From positions 1 through 23,944 of the forward strand of contig JBHGNT010000461.1 of assembly GCA_043228905.1 (NCBI GenBank): a stretch of DNA of 23,944 nt. The letters are read 5' to 3'. The translations under genes were made by a program, and so were the position numbers. Below are positions 1 to 7,876 of the stretch, piece after piece. The DNA comes from Azolla caroliniana. Lineage: Eukaryota > Plantae > Polypodiophyta. The notes below the pieces were generated by a model. That model had not been told where the DNA came from, ran no database searches, and was given only the letters and a program-made list of their open reading frames with translations. Within the stretch, counting starts at the first letter, position 1. Every line of letters starts with the position of its first letter.

Positions 1-2
1 AG

Positions 3-1361
3 AACCTCGACACCATCGGTCATCGTCTTCTCATCCGTAGCCATCTTTCGCTCAATGTTGTTATTCGCATTGTCTTCAATATTTTCTTCCCCACCACTTT
101 CCGTCTCTTGGGTCTCATGTTGGCTCTCGGACGCAACTACCCAAGTCTCTAGATCAAGTGTTGGGAAAGTCTTGACACGGTCATCCGCCGTGAACTCTTC
201 CTTAGCCATCTGCGACTTGATATCGTTTCTCGTGGCTACCGCCTCAACAACGTCGACCTCGCACTCTTTACATCCCTTGATCACGCAAGCTTCCCTCATG
301 CTTGCACCTTCATTACTCGATATTTCGGACACAGCATGTGTTCTGAAATGCTCGTCCACTCTTAAAGCAACATTTCCCGCTCTCGAGTCTTCGGCCCTTC
401 TCTCGACCGTCGTTCCTCCGTAAGTCGAGAAGGTGGCTTGTTTCACACCTTCTCCCATGGTACTGTCATACCAAACCTGGGCCTTCGTATTGGCTGTACC
501 ATTAGTCTGCATTTGTCGGGAGGTCTCTTCTTCGTCGATCACCATTTTCCTCGGTTTTGTTTTCAGCTTCTCTTCAACCTCGACTTGTGCCTTTAAGTTC
601 ATTATTGCCTCTCTCATCAAGGCTTCTATGTTGAGTTCTTTCGAAGCTTCCCTCTTCGAGCTTTCTTCCTTCAGTGGGTTTTTATTGCCACATCCCATTC
701 TCCTTTGAACATCCCTTGTGGGTCGTGTTGTCGATGAGAGTCTCATCTCCCTCTTATCGTGTTGTCGGCATACCCTTTCCACTTTGGCCCAATCCTCAGT
801 GAGGCCATTTTCACCATTGTCATCCTCGAGTTGGATTCCAATGGTCTTCCTTTCATTCCGATCGATTGACTTTACAAACATCAGAACTTTATTCACCCCC
901 ACCAATCTTCGATCCAGGTCCGAGAGTTGAGCGAAGCGATACTCAAACTCAACGAATGCATGCATAGCACTCTGGTGGGTCTTTCTCGATGACACCCATT
1001 TGTGAAACTCATACAGACCTCGTCCCTTTTGCTCTTCGTAACCATATGACTCTCGTAAAGCTTCTTTGAAGGACACCCACGAATCGTGAGTTTTTTGAAT
1101 CTCTTTAATCTCTTCGAAGATTGGTTTGGCCACCACTTGACAAAAGTACTCCAGCCTCATTGCTTCCTCCACTCCTCTTGAATCCATTTCGGCATTGTAG
1201 GCGTTTAGAAATTTTTGGACTTTTCCTCCATCGAAAAACCCGACTCGCTTGATCATGCTTTCGACGGCTTGTTGGGCCGCATGTCGTGTTTTCCCTTCTC
1301 TTGAAAACTCCATCATCATCTTTGACATTGCCTTCATTAGATATTCCTCGTCCAGCTTCAT
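3..1361 (-). CDS. gag: Gag-like protein, uninterrupted ORF of at least 453 aa, open at the window edge
   Basis: Manual translation from ATG 1361: MKLDEEYLMKAMSKMMMEFSREGKTRHAAQQAVESMIKRVGFFDGGKVQKFLNAYNAEMDSRG...FEYRFAQLSDLDRRLVGVNKVLMFVKSID...GLTEDWAKVERVCRQHDKR. This aligns with element C gag (GRFSGNDATSYLEAYRAEM...FEERFARLSALDR...LLFVKSVD...GLTTDW). No stop codon was found to position 3, which explains its absence from the ORF track. Confidence 0.88.
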   Translation of the reverse strand, partial: MKLDEEYLMKAMSKMMMEFSREGKTRHAAQQAVESMIKRVGFFDGGKVQKFLNAYNAEMDSRGVEEAMRLEYFCQVVAKPIFEEIKEIQKTHDSWVSFKEALRESYGYEEQKGRGLYEFHKWVSSRKTHQSAMHAFVEFEYRFAQLSDLDRRLVGVNKVLMFVKSIDRNERKTIGIQLEDDNGENGLTEDWAKVERVCRQHDKREMRLSSTTRPTRDVQRRMGCGNKNPLKEESSKREASKELNIEALMREAIMNLKAQVEVEEKLKTKPRKMVIDEEETSRQMQTNGTANTKAQVWYDSTMGEGVKQATFSTYGGTTVERRAEDSRAGNVALRVDEHFRTHAVSEISSNEGASMREACVIKGCKECEVDVVEAVATRNDIKSQMAKEEFTADDRVKTFPTLDLETWVVASESQHETQETESGGEENIEDNANNNIERKMATDEKTMTDGVEV

Positions 1362-1376
1362 CCTTCCCTACCGCTC

Positions 1377-1394
1377 TTCACCTCAGGTTCACCA
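1377..1394 (-). promoter_or_regulatory. Primer-binding site of A, tRNA-Trp type
   Basis: TGGTGAACCTGAGGTGAA, 16/18 identical to the element C PBS; it lies 8 nt inside the LTR end. Confidence 0.8.
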
Positions 1395-1796
1395 AAAAAT
1401 TATGTCGTGAAGATCCGTCACTAGGCGCGGATCATGAGGCGGAACCGCCGGGGTTCTGGACCAAAAGGATTTAGAGTCGATACAAGCTTTGGTGAGAAAG
1501 TACTTAAGATAGATTGGGAAAGAGAGAAGATGAGATTACACGATTTATTTGATAACGAATTTCTTCTTCTTAATTTTCATAAAATAAACCGTGTTTTTCT
1601 CCTCCCCCTTCCCTCTTTTATAGATGCTCTCATGCATATGATGCATGTGAGGGTACAAGACATGCATAAATTGCATGTTTGCCATTTGGCGCTTAAGTAT
1701 TACATGTGGTGCATGCTAACCATGTCACTCATTTTAGCACTCATGGATGAGAATTTACATGTAAAAGTACAATGATAGAAATATAATTTTCAACTA

Positions 1797-1870
1797 AATA
1801 GCATGTCTTAATGGTAAGCCAATTGACTCCTAACTTGGAGGTGCAAGGTTCAACTCCATACTTGCCCACC
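1797..1870 (+). pseudogene. Degenerate tRNA-like sequence / Pol III type-2 promoter relic inside the A LTR
   Basis: A-box-like TGTCTTAATGG (1804-1814), B-box-like GGTTCAACTCC (1847-1857) at tRNA spacing, D-stem-like CTTA/TAAG, anticodon-loop-like CTCCTAA. Acceptor and T stems pair poorly. Confidence 0.45.
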
Positions 1871-1917
1871 TTGTATATGTAAATATGTATATATATTTAT
1901 ATATTTATTTTATCTAG

Positions 1918-2050
1918 TCGCCGGACGCCGGTTCGCCGGATACCGTCACCGGATACCGGTGCCTCGCCGGATGCCGCAGCCGGATGTCGACGCCGTCACC
2001 GGATGCCGACGCCGGATTGCGGTCGGATCACCGGCTCCATCGCCGGTCCG
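1918..2050. repeat. GC-rich degenerate array of CCGGA(T/C)(A/G)CC-like units in the A LTR
   Basis: ccggacgcc, ccggatacc x2, ccggatgcc x2, ccggatgtc, ccggattgc within about 130 bp. Confidence 0.8.
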
Positions 2051-2402
2051 GTTTTGGTTGGCCAAAACCCTTTTCGAGTAGCTAGCCACCTCCACTCTCT
2101 ATGCTCCACACATAGACACAAAGATAATATCTTTTGCTCCACCTTATATATGATGAGAGCCGTATTTGTCGTGCCTATGTGGGATATCTCACAATTTTCT
2201 CTTTTCTTTTTACAAACTTTATACCCTCATATCTTGACATTTAGTTGTCCATTTCTCATGTAATAAAGTGCATTCGAAACCTCCATCATTTTGTACTTAG
2301 ATATTAAAAATGTTATCTTCACAATTATTGTATTGCGTGATTCATACTCGATTTCGTACGTTTTATGGGATTTTCACACTATTGCCGAAAATCTTCACGA
2401 CA

Positions 2403-5400
2403 GCGCAAACGTCTAATCGTAGTCGATGTCGTGTTGTTGCGCGTAGCCTTTCGCTACTAACTGGGACTTGTATCAGTTGACCGAGCCGTTAGTGTTGTAC
2501 TTGACCTTGTACACCCACCTACATCCGATCAGCTTCACACCCTTCGGTGCGTCAACCAGGTCCCAGGTTTCATTCTCTACCTATGCGAGCATCTCCTCCT
2601 CCATTGCGGCACGCCAATTTGCGTCTTTCGCCGCTTCTACGTAGCTCTCCGGCTCACGGACTTCCGCCGCTCGCGTCATGTACACATAGCGATGCGCCAT
2701 GTATTCATTGTACCCGTATCTCTTCACGGAGTTCTTCAGGCGGGTAGATTGGTGTAATTCGTGATTACCCGATTTCACGACCTTTTCGGCCGATTTTGAC
2801 CTCTTCCGCGGAGGTTTCTTTACGATTGACTCGATGTCAGATTCGCTCCAAACTGACTCGGTGTTGTTGAAATCATACTCCAACATTTTCTTCTTGCCCT
2901 TCTCCTTGCGTGTAAACCGTCTCCTCGGTTCTTTACGTGGGGACATCACGCTTGAGTCGCCACTACTCGCCATCTCTTCAATAGGTTGGCCATTTCGGTC
3001 CACTTAGCCGAAATGAGATCGGACTCTCTCTCAGAGCTCCGACTTCTTCATCGTGCGGGGGCATTTTGGCCTCGCTAACTTCATCCTCAGAATTCGGAAT
3101 GGAGTTATGAGGAGTTAGGGATGAAGGCAAGTACCACGAAGCGGATTCGTCGAACACGATATCTTGACTTACGCGTACTTCCTTTGTTTAGGGGTTACAA
3201 CATTTATACCCCTTCTGCTCGTCTGGATAGCCGACTAAGATGCACTTTTCGGCTTTGGCATCCAGGTTCCTCCTCTTTTCCTTCGGCACATGCTCATATA
3301 AAATGCTACCGAAAATCCTCAAGTGTGCCAAGTTCGGCTTCTTCCAGAAATACAGCTCATGTGGCGACACTTCTCCATTAGCAAAAGTCAAATTCTGCAG
3401 GTAGACTGTCGTCTTCACAGGTTCAGACCAATAGAATTTCGGCATATGCTTCTCTTCAAGCATTGCCCTGGCCACTTCTTCGATTGTACGATTCTTCCAC
3501 TCGACCAAGCCGTTATGTTGTGGCGTGTATCTACACGAGAATTCGCGTCGAATTCCCTCCTCCTATAGATAACTTGTGAACTGGTCGGAGAAGTACTCCT
3601 TCCCGCCATCGGACCGTAGGCATTTGATCTTACGCCCTGTTTCCCTTTCCGCAAGGCTCTTCACCTTCAGGAAACATGTGAAGACTTCGTTGTTCTTCGT
3701 GATTGTGCATACCCACATGTGTTGAGTGAAGTCGTCGATGAAGGTTACAAAGTAACAGTTTCCATCGAGACTCACGTTCTGTGTTGGTCCCCACACATCC
3801 GAATGGATCAAATCCAGCAAACTTCGACTACGATTACGCTCATTGGGGAATGGAAGTCAGTGTTCTTTTCCCATCTGACAAGCTTCGCAGACTTGGCCAT
3901 TACGGCCCCAGAATTTTGGCAAGCCGAAAACAATGTTCTTCGTCTGCATCTCACGAAGCCGTGGGAAATTTATGTGGCCGAATCTCTTGTGCCACAGGTC
4001 AATATCCGATTCGACCTTTTGTCCTTTCGCGTACATAACAGTGCCCACATTGTTGGTTTCGAGGATAAACATCCTCCCTTCACGGCGCCCTTGTGCGATT
4101 ACTTTGCCTTGCTCTTCTATGAAGTAGCGGAAATGCGTGAATCGAACCTGCATTCCCTGGTCGACGATCTGACCGACTGACACCAGGTTCTTCGTTATTG
4201 TCGGGACGTGCAACACGTTCATGAGCTTCTCTTTCTGCCCGACGTGGCTGAGGGGAACTTCACCGACATGTTCGATGGTATGCGGAGTGTTGTCTCCCGT
4301 TTCGACCACTCCTTGCGATTCTGGTTTCTCCAAGTACGACAACCATTCCTCGTGACTCATCATATGATTTGACGCTCCGGAATCAACATACCACACCTCG
4401 CTCGATCTCGAGGTGTTTAAGGCCATAGAATTGGCCTTATGCTTCATTACGAAGGCTTGCCCGATTTGTTTCCGACTCGTTCAAAGCCTTCTGCGTAGTG
4501 CGATCTCGGACGCCTCTCTCTGTCTCTTCAGCTCGATCCACCTTTGTCTGAATTGGCTCTCTTTTTCCAGCACTCGCTCTCCTTGTGGCCTTTCTTGCCA
4601 CAATACCAGCATTCCGACGCGGCCTTATCTTGCCGGCTTTCGGCGCCGCCAAGACTCGCCCTACTTGTCGAGGGTCCGGAACTGTTGTCGACATTTCGAT
4701 TATGCTGCTTGTTCTGCTCTTGTCGGCCGCCTCCATTGTGCGCCGATCCGCCTCGTCCACCATGACCACGGGGCCTATCTTCCTCCGTGTACAACATCTT
4801 CCCGTCAGCATGCGTATTCGTCAACGCACCCATGTGATTTTCCTCCACGAGCAACATTGACTAAAGCTCGAAGAATGAAGGCGTATTGTCCCTCGTACAG
4901 ACCGTCATTCAGAAAGCTCCGAACCTAGACACTAGCCCACCAACGCACACTTGCACCATCTCGTCCTCCTCGACATTCACATTGACGGAGGCGAGTGAGT
5001 GACAAATTTTCCTAATTCGGGCCGTGTAATCAGCCACAAACAAATCTTTCTACCGAACATTACTGAGCTCCTGCCTAAGATGCAGCTTCCTGGCCGTTGT
5101 GCTTGCGGCGAAAAGCTTTTTCAGATTTGCGCATGCGTCCTTTGGCGTCTTAGCATCCCAAATATAGCTCAACAGTTGGTCTATCACATAGGATGCAAAG
5201 TAGTAGAGAACTCTGCTTGCCGCTTGTTCCCAAGCCGAGAAATCTCTGTGTGTCGAATCGGGTGCTACATCATTAGCTCCTTCGACATAACTCCAATAGT
5301 CATGACCGAGCAGGTATTGGTGCATCTTCTACGACCAAGATGCGTAGTTGCTCCTATCGAGCTTTTCAGTCGGTAGCGAGCTTCCCATACCTCTGTCCAT
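2403..5400 (-). pseudogene. Copia gag-pol polyprotein (gag, CCHC knuckle, protease, GAG-pre-integrase, integrase, start of RT) with stops and frameshifts
   Basis: MDRGMGSSLPTEKLDRSNYASWS (ATG 5400); CWYCGKKGHKESEC; WYVDSGASNHM; LWHKRFGHIN...CEACQMGK; IHSDVWGP; LRSDGGKEY; KNRTIEEVARAML; KCILVGY; EPESYVEA...WRAAMEEEM; NETWDLV...WVYKVK...LVAKGYAQ...TFA. Confidence 0.95.
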
Positions 5401-5500
5401 ATTGCTGTCTTGTTTCTTTTTCGAAAAAAAATGATGAACAACTTCAACTTTGTTTTGTCGCAAGCTTTTCTTGTCGGTTGCAGAGGACTTCAACCCTCGC

Positions 5501-5512
5501 GCTCTGATACCA
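5501..5512 (-). promoter_or_regulatory. PBS of D, complementary to initiator tRNA-Met
   Basis: TGGTATCAGAGC directly after the LTR end ...TTTACA on the minus strand. Confidence 0.92.
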
Positions 5513-5911
5513 TGTAAAGAATATGTGTGCGGAAGCGTGTGCATAAACACAGAGTACACAGTTCGAAAATAAGACAGTTTGGTAAACTCAGGAAACACAA
5601 AGATGGAGATGGAGATGGAGAGACAGATAGAGAGCAGACAACTTAGTTCTATTTCAAAAATAATGGCGCTCTGTATATAGATCGTGCTTAGTGAGCACCT
5701 TTTATACAAGCCCTGACAATTGGGCTGACACAAGTACTGGCAGTACTTGACTGCTCATAAATGAGCTTACTACACTAACTCCCAAAATTATTCCTTACGA
5801 GGAATACCATACTAACGGCCTCGCGGTTTACGCACCTCTATGGCTACGGTATGCGTACTATTTCACGCACCCAGTCTACGCACTGGGTTACACACCGTAT
5901 TACGCACCCAA
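5513..5911 (-). repeat. 5' LTR of copia D; outer end uncertain and possibly truncated
   Basis: CA terminus abuts the PBS. TATA-like TGTATAAAAG (rc 5699-5708). Motifs are shared with the LTR at 22184-22620. ACGCACC-like repeats at 5830-5909. Confidence 0.75.
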
Positions 5912-5946
5912 TGTTGTTCTTCTTACTAAACAATGATGAAAATTAG

Positions 5947-6222
5947 AAGAACAACGATGATGACGGTCTTCTTTGTGCATCTAATTGCAATGGATATAGT
6001 CTGAATGAAGGTTTAATGGCGGCAATGAAGGAAATGGTAGCAAAGGAAGTTCACACATATATGGCCACCTGTTCTGTGCCATTTCATGGCTATCCTAATA
6101 GTGTTGGTGTTCATCATCATCAAAACCAAGCCGTCATACTAAATCATATGACGCATCTACACCTCAATCCAGAAAGAAGAGCACATTATGCTCATCAACG
6201 GATATTAGCAAAGGAATCATGA
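5947..6222 (+). pseudogene. Possible host-gene fragment: C-terminal motif of subgroup 22/23-type R2R3-MYB
   Basis: LNEGLMAAMKEMVAKEVHTYMA (6001-6066) resembles the MYB44/73/77-type motif (xxxVxQEMIxxEVRSYM), recalled from memory. There is an in-frame stop at 5944-5946 and no MYB repeats in the window. Confidence 0.45.
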
Positions 6223-6430
6223 GCAACAACTCCATCATCACCACTACAATTAGCTCCAGCAATAATTGCATCCATTCTCGGGAGCTCTACTCCTAGCATC
6301 AATGGTAGAGACAATTACAACATCTTCAGCAAACTGGTCCTTGAGATCAGCGCCACAATCAATGTTGTTGCCGTCGCCGCAATCCACTAGAAGTGAAAGG
6401 CAAGAATATGAATGGAAGCAAGAAGACAGG

Positions 6431-6635
6431 GGCATTCAAAACGCCCGAGGGTAGATCGCAAAATGTCAAAAATTGGAGGGCATCAAAACTGAATTTCAGA
6501 AGATTGAGGGCAGATGACGGAATTTCAAAAGCTGGAGGGCATGAGACCAAATTTCAAAAACTGGAGGGTAGAAGGGAAAATTTTGAAAATTCAAGGGCAT
6601 AAAATAAACAATAAAAACTTGAGGGAAAAATTTGA
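6431..6635. repeat. Degenerate 29-bp tandem array, about 7 units
   Basis: (G/A)AGGG cores at 6447, 6476, 6506, 6535, 6564, 6593 and 6621, with consensus close to AATTTCAAAAnCTGGAGGGCA. Confidence 0.85.
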
Positions 6636-7079
6636 AAGACCAAAGAGTGAAAAATATAAAACTCACTCCACATGATGAAAGAAAGAATACACAAATGCAC
6701 AACACGATTTCACGACCGATGCCATAGTGAACTAGCCGATTGGTGTATGATCCAATTGTGACTTGTGCTGACCGAATGAGAAGGTTCGAGTCAAGCAAAG
6801 CTCCGATCGAAGTTATCGATCGTAGAGCAGTGATCCGGTCGAGAGATTTCTGACCGTTGAGACGACCGATGGAGTTCCGGTCAAGGAGAGTTGCCATGAA
6901 GAGTGGGTTCACTGTGCAATGCACTGTCCCACATGTGTGCCATGTGTTACCTGTTATCTTTTAGGCTGGACAAGTCCTAACATAGGGTGTCCCTATGGAA
7001 CACTTCACCAAAGGGTGATACGGTGAGATATGGATGGATCGTGGTATCAAATGGGTCTTAACCAGTTACTAACCGACAT

Positions 7080-7506
7080 TGTTAGTAATATGTCTTGAAT
7101 AAGCCCATTCAGGCTATATTTGTAAATAGCCCTAAATTCATATAGCTATAAATAAGACTTAGGGCAATCACTTTGTTGTGTGATTGTGTTGTTGTCATAT
7201 TGTTGTAACTGTTGTACAGAGAGAGAGAGAGAGAGAGATACAGAGCGATACTCTGTTGTAACCTCCACTGTGCGAAGAAACAGAGCTCGAGGTCATTGTC
7301 TCCAAGTCTTTGATTGTAACCCTTCTCTTCATAGTGATAGTTCGTAGTCTGTGGGCTCCCGTGGTTTTTCCCTATTAGGGTTTTCCACATAAACATCCTA
7401 TGTCATTTTCTTGTGTACTCTCCACTTCCCATTTCTGTGTTTGATTCTTATAGAAGTGATTTACTGCTCGGTTGTGGCCGAGCGATATTCTGTGCATTTC
7501 TCTTCA
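7080..7506 (+). repeat. Copia-type LTR (solo or remnant) fused to the truncated 5' LTR of B
   Basis: Starts TGTTAG; TATAAATA at 7147; (AG)10 at 7218-7238; CCGTGGTTTTTCCC...GGGTTTTCCAC motif at 7359-7388, familiar from plant copia LTRs; ends TCTTCA. No TSD found. Confidence 0.6.
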
Positions 7507-7826
7507 ATACTTAGTATTAGATAAACCATTTGGAAACCCTTAAGTTATATATAAAGTATATGGTTAATGTTGTATAGTCTAGCATATAGAATATTCTAGT
7601 GTTGAGTATATTCTAGAAATGTTCTATGGTATATTCTAGACGAGTATATTCTAGAGATATTTCTTAGGTATATTTGAGAGATATTCAACCTCAGAACTTG
7701 TATAAATATGTGTGTTCACCTAGATTAAAATCAAGGTGAACAACACCAATTACGAAGTCTTTCAATTAATCAACTCATCCCTTTGATTATCTTCTACTCT
7801 CTTGTGTATATCTTCTACTCATGACA
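7505..7826 (+). repeat. 5' LTR of B, first 35 bp missing
   Basis: Aligns to 19294-19639 with about 20 substitutions and one 24-bp indel. TATAAAT at 7701; ends CTCATGACA. Confidence 0.93.
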
Positions 7827-7828
7827 AT

Positions 7829-7839
7829 TTGTTCACCTT
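7829..7839 (+). promoter_or_regulatory. Self-priming PBS of B
   Basis: TTGTTCACCTT is the exact reverse complement of AAGGTGAACAA (7733-7743), which starts 32 nt after the start of the TATA box. No TGG-initiated tRNA PBS is present. Confidence 0.82.
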
Positions 7840-7876
7840 CCCATCCTCGTTGCTCTCCTTCTCATTAGCTGTAACC

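Larger units (their letters stand above)
1..2402 (-). mobile_element. Element A: Ty3/gypsy LTR retrotransposon of the same family as element C; 5' portion only, continues beyond the left edge; inserted in the RT of copia D
   Basis: LTR 1403-2402 with a perfect 12-bp TIR, followed on the minus strand by a tRNA-Trp-type PBS and a gag ORF alignable to the element C gag. Copia D RT reading stops exactly at 2403. Confidence 0.88.
1403..2402 (-). repeat. 5' LTR of element A (1000 bp)
   Basis: Bounded by TGTCGTGAAGAT (1403-1414) and ATCTTCACGACA (2391-2402), a perfect 12-bp inverted repeat. Minus-strand TATAAAAGAGGGA at 1622-1610. Confidence 0.88.
2403..5911 (-). mobile_element. Element D: decayed Ty1/copia LTR retrotransposon, interrupted in RT by element A
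   Basis: Order LTR-PBS(Met)-gag-PR-INT-RT on the minus strand. The right boundary is approximate. Confidence 0.92.

Noticed and set aside
55-930. Plus-strand ORFs 55-423, 433-708 and 718-930
   Set aside because: Ser/Leu-rich antisense shadows of the real minus-strand gag ORF.
5913-5955. 11-bp inverted repeat GTTGTTCTTCT/AGAAGAACAAC
   Set aside because: Short and low complexity, with no TSD; insufficient for a MITE or terminator call.
6026-6037. TGAAGGAAATGG as the left terminus of an LTR ending at 7506
   Set aside because: Only a loose TIR match, no TSD, and it lies within the MYB-like coding motif.
6431-6635. CRISPR-like appearance of the 29-bp periodic array
   Set aside because: Repeats are degenerate, variable parts are only 8-9 nt, there are no cas genes, and the context is eukaryotic.
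6733-6793. Second A-box/B-box-like pair (TAGCCGATTGG ... GGTTCGAGTC)
   Set aside because: No supporting cloverleaf stems or tail; could be chance.
7042-7052. TGGTATCAAA resembling a Met PBS
   Set aside because: Only 8 nt match, with no LTR end before it and no gag after it.
7735-7741. GGTGAAC shared between the B self-primer and the tRNA-Trp PBS of A and C
   Set aside because: A 7-nt match in the wrong orientation for tRNA priming of B; most likely coincidence.
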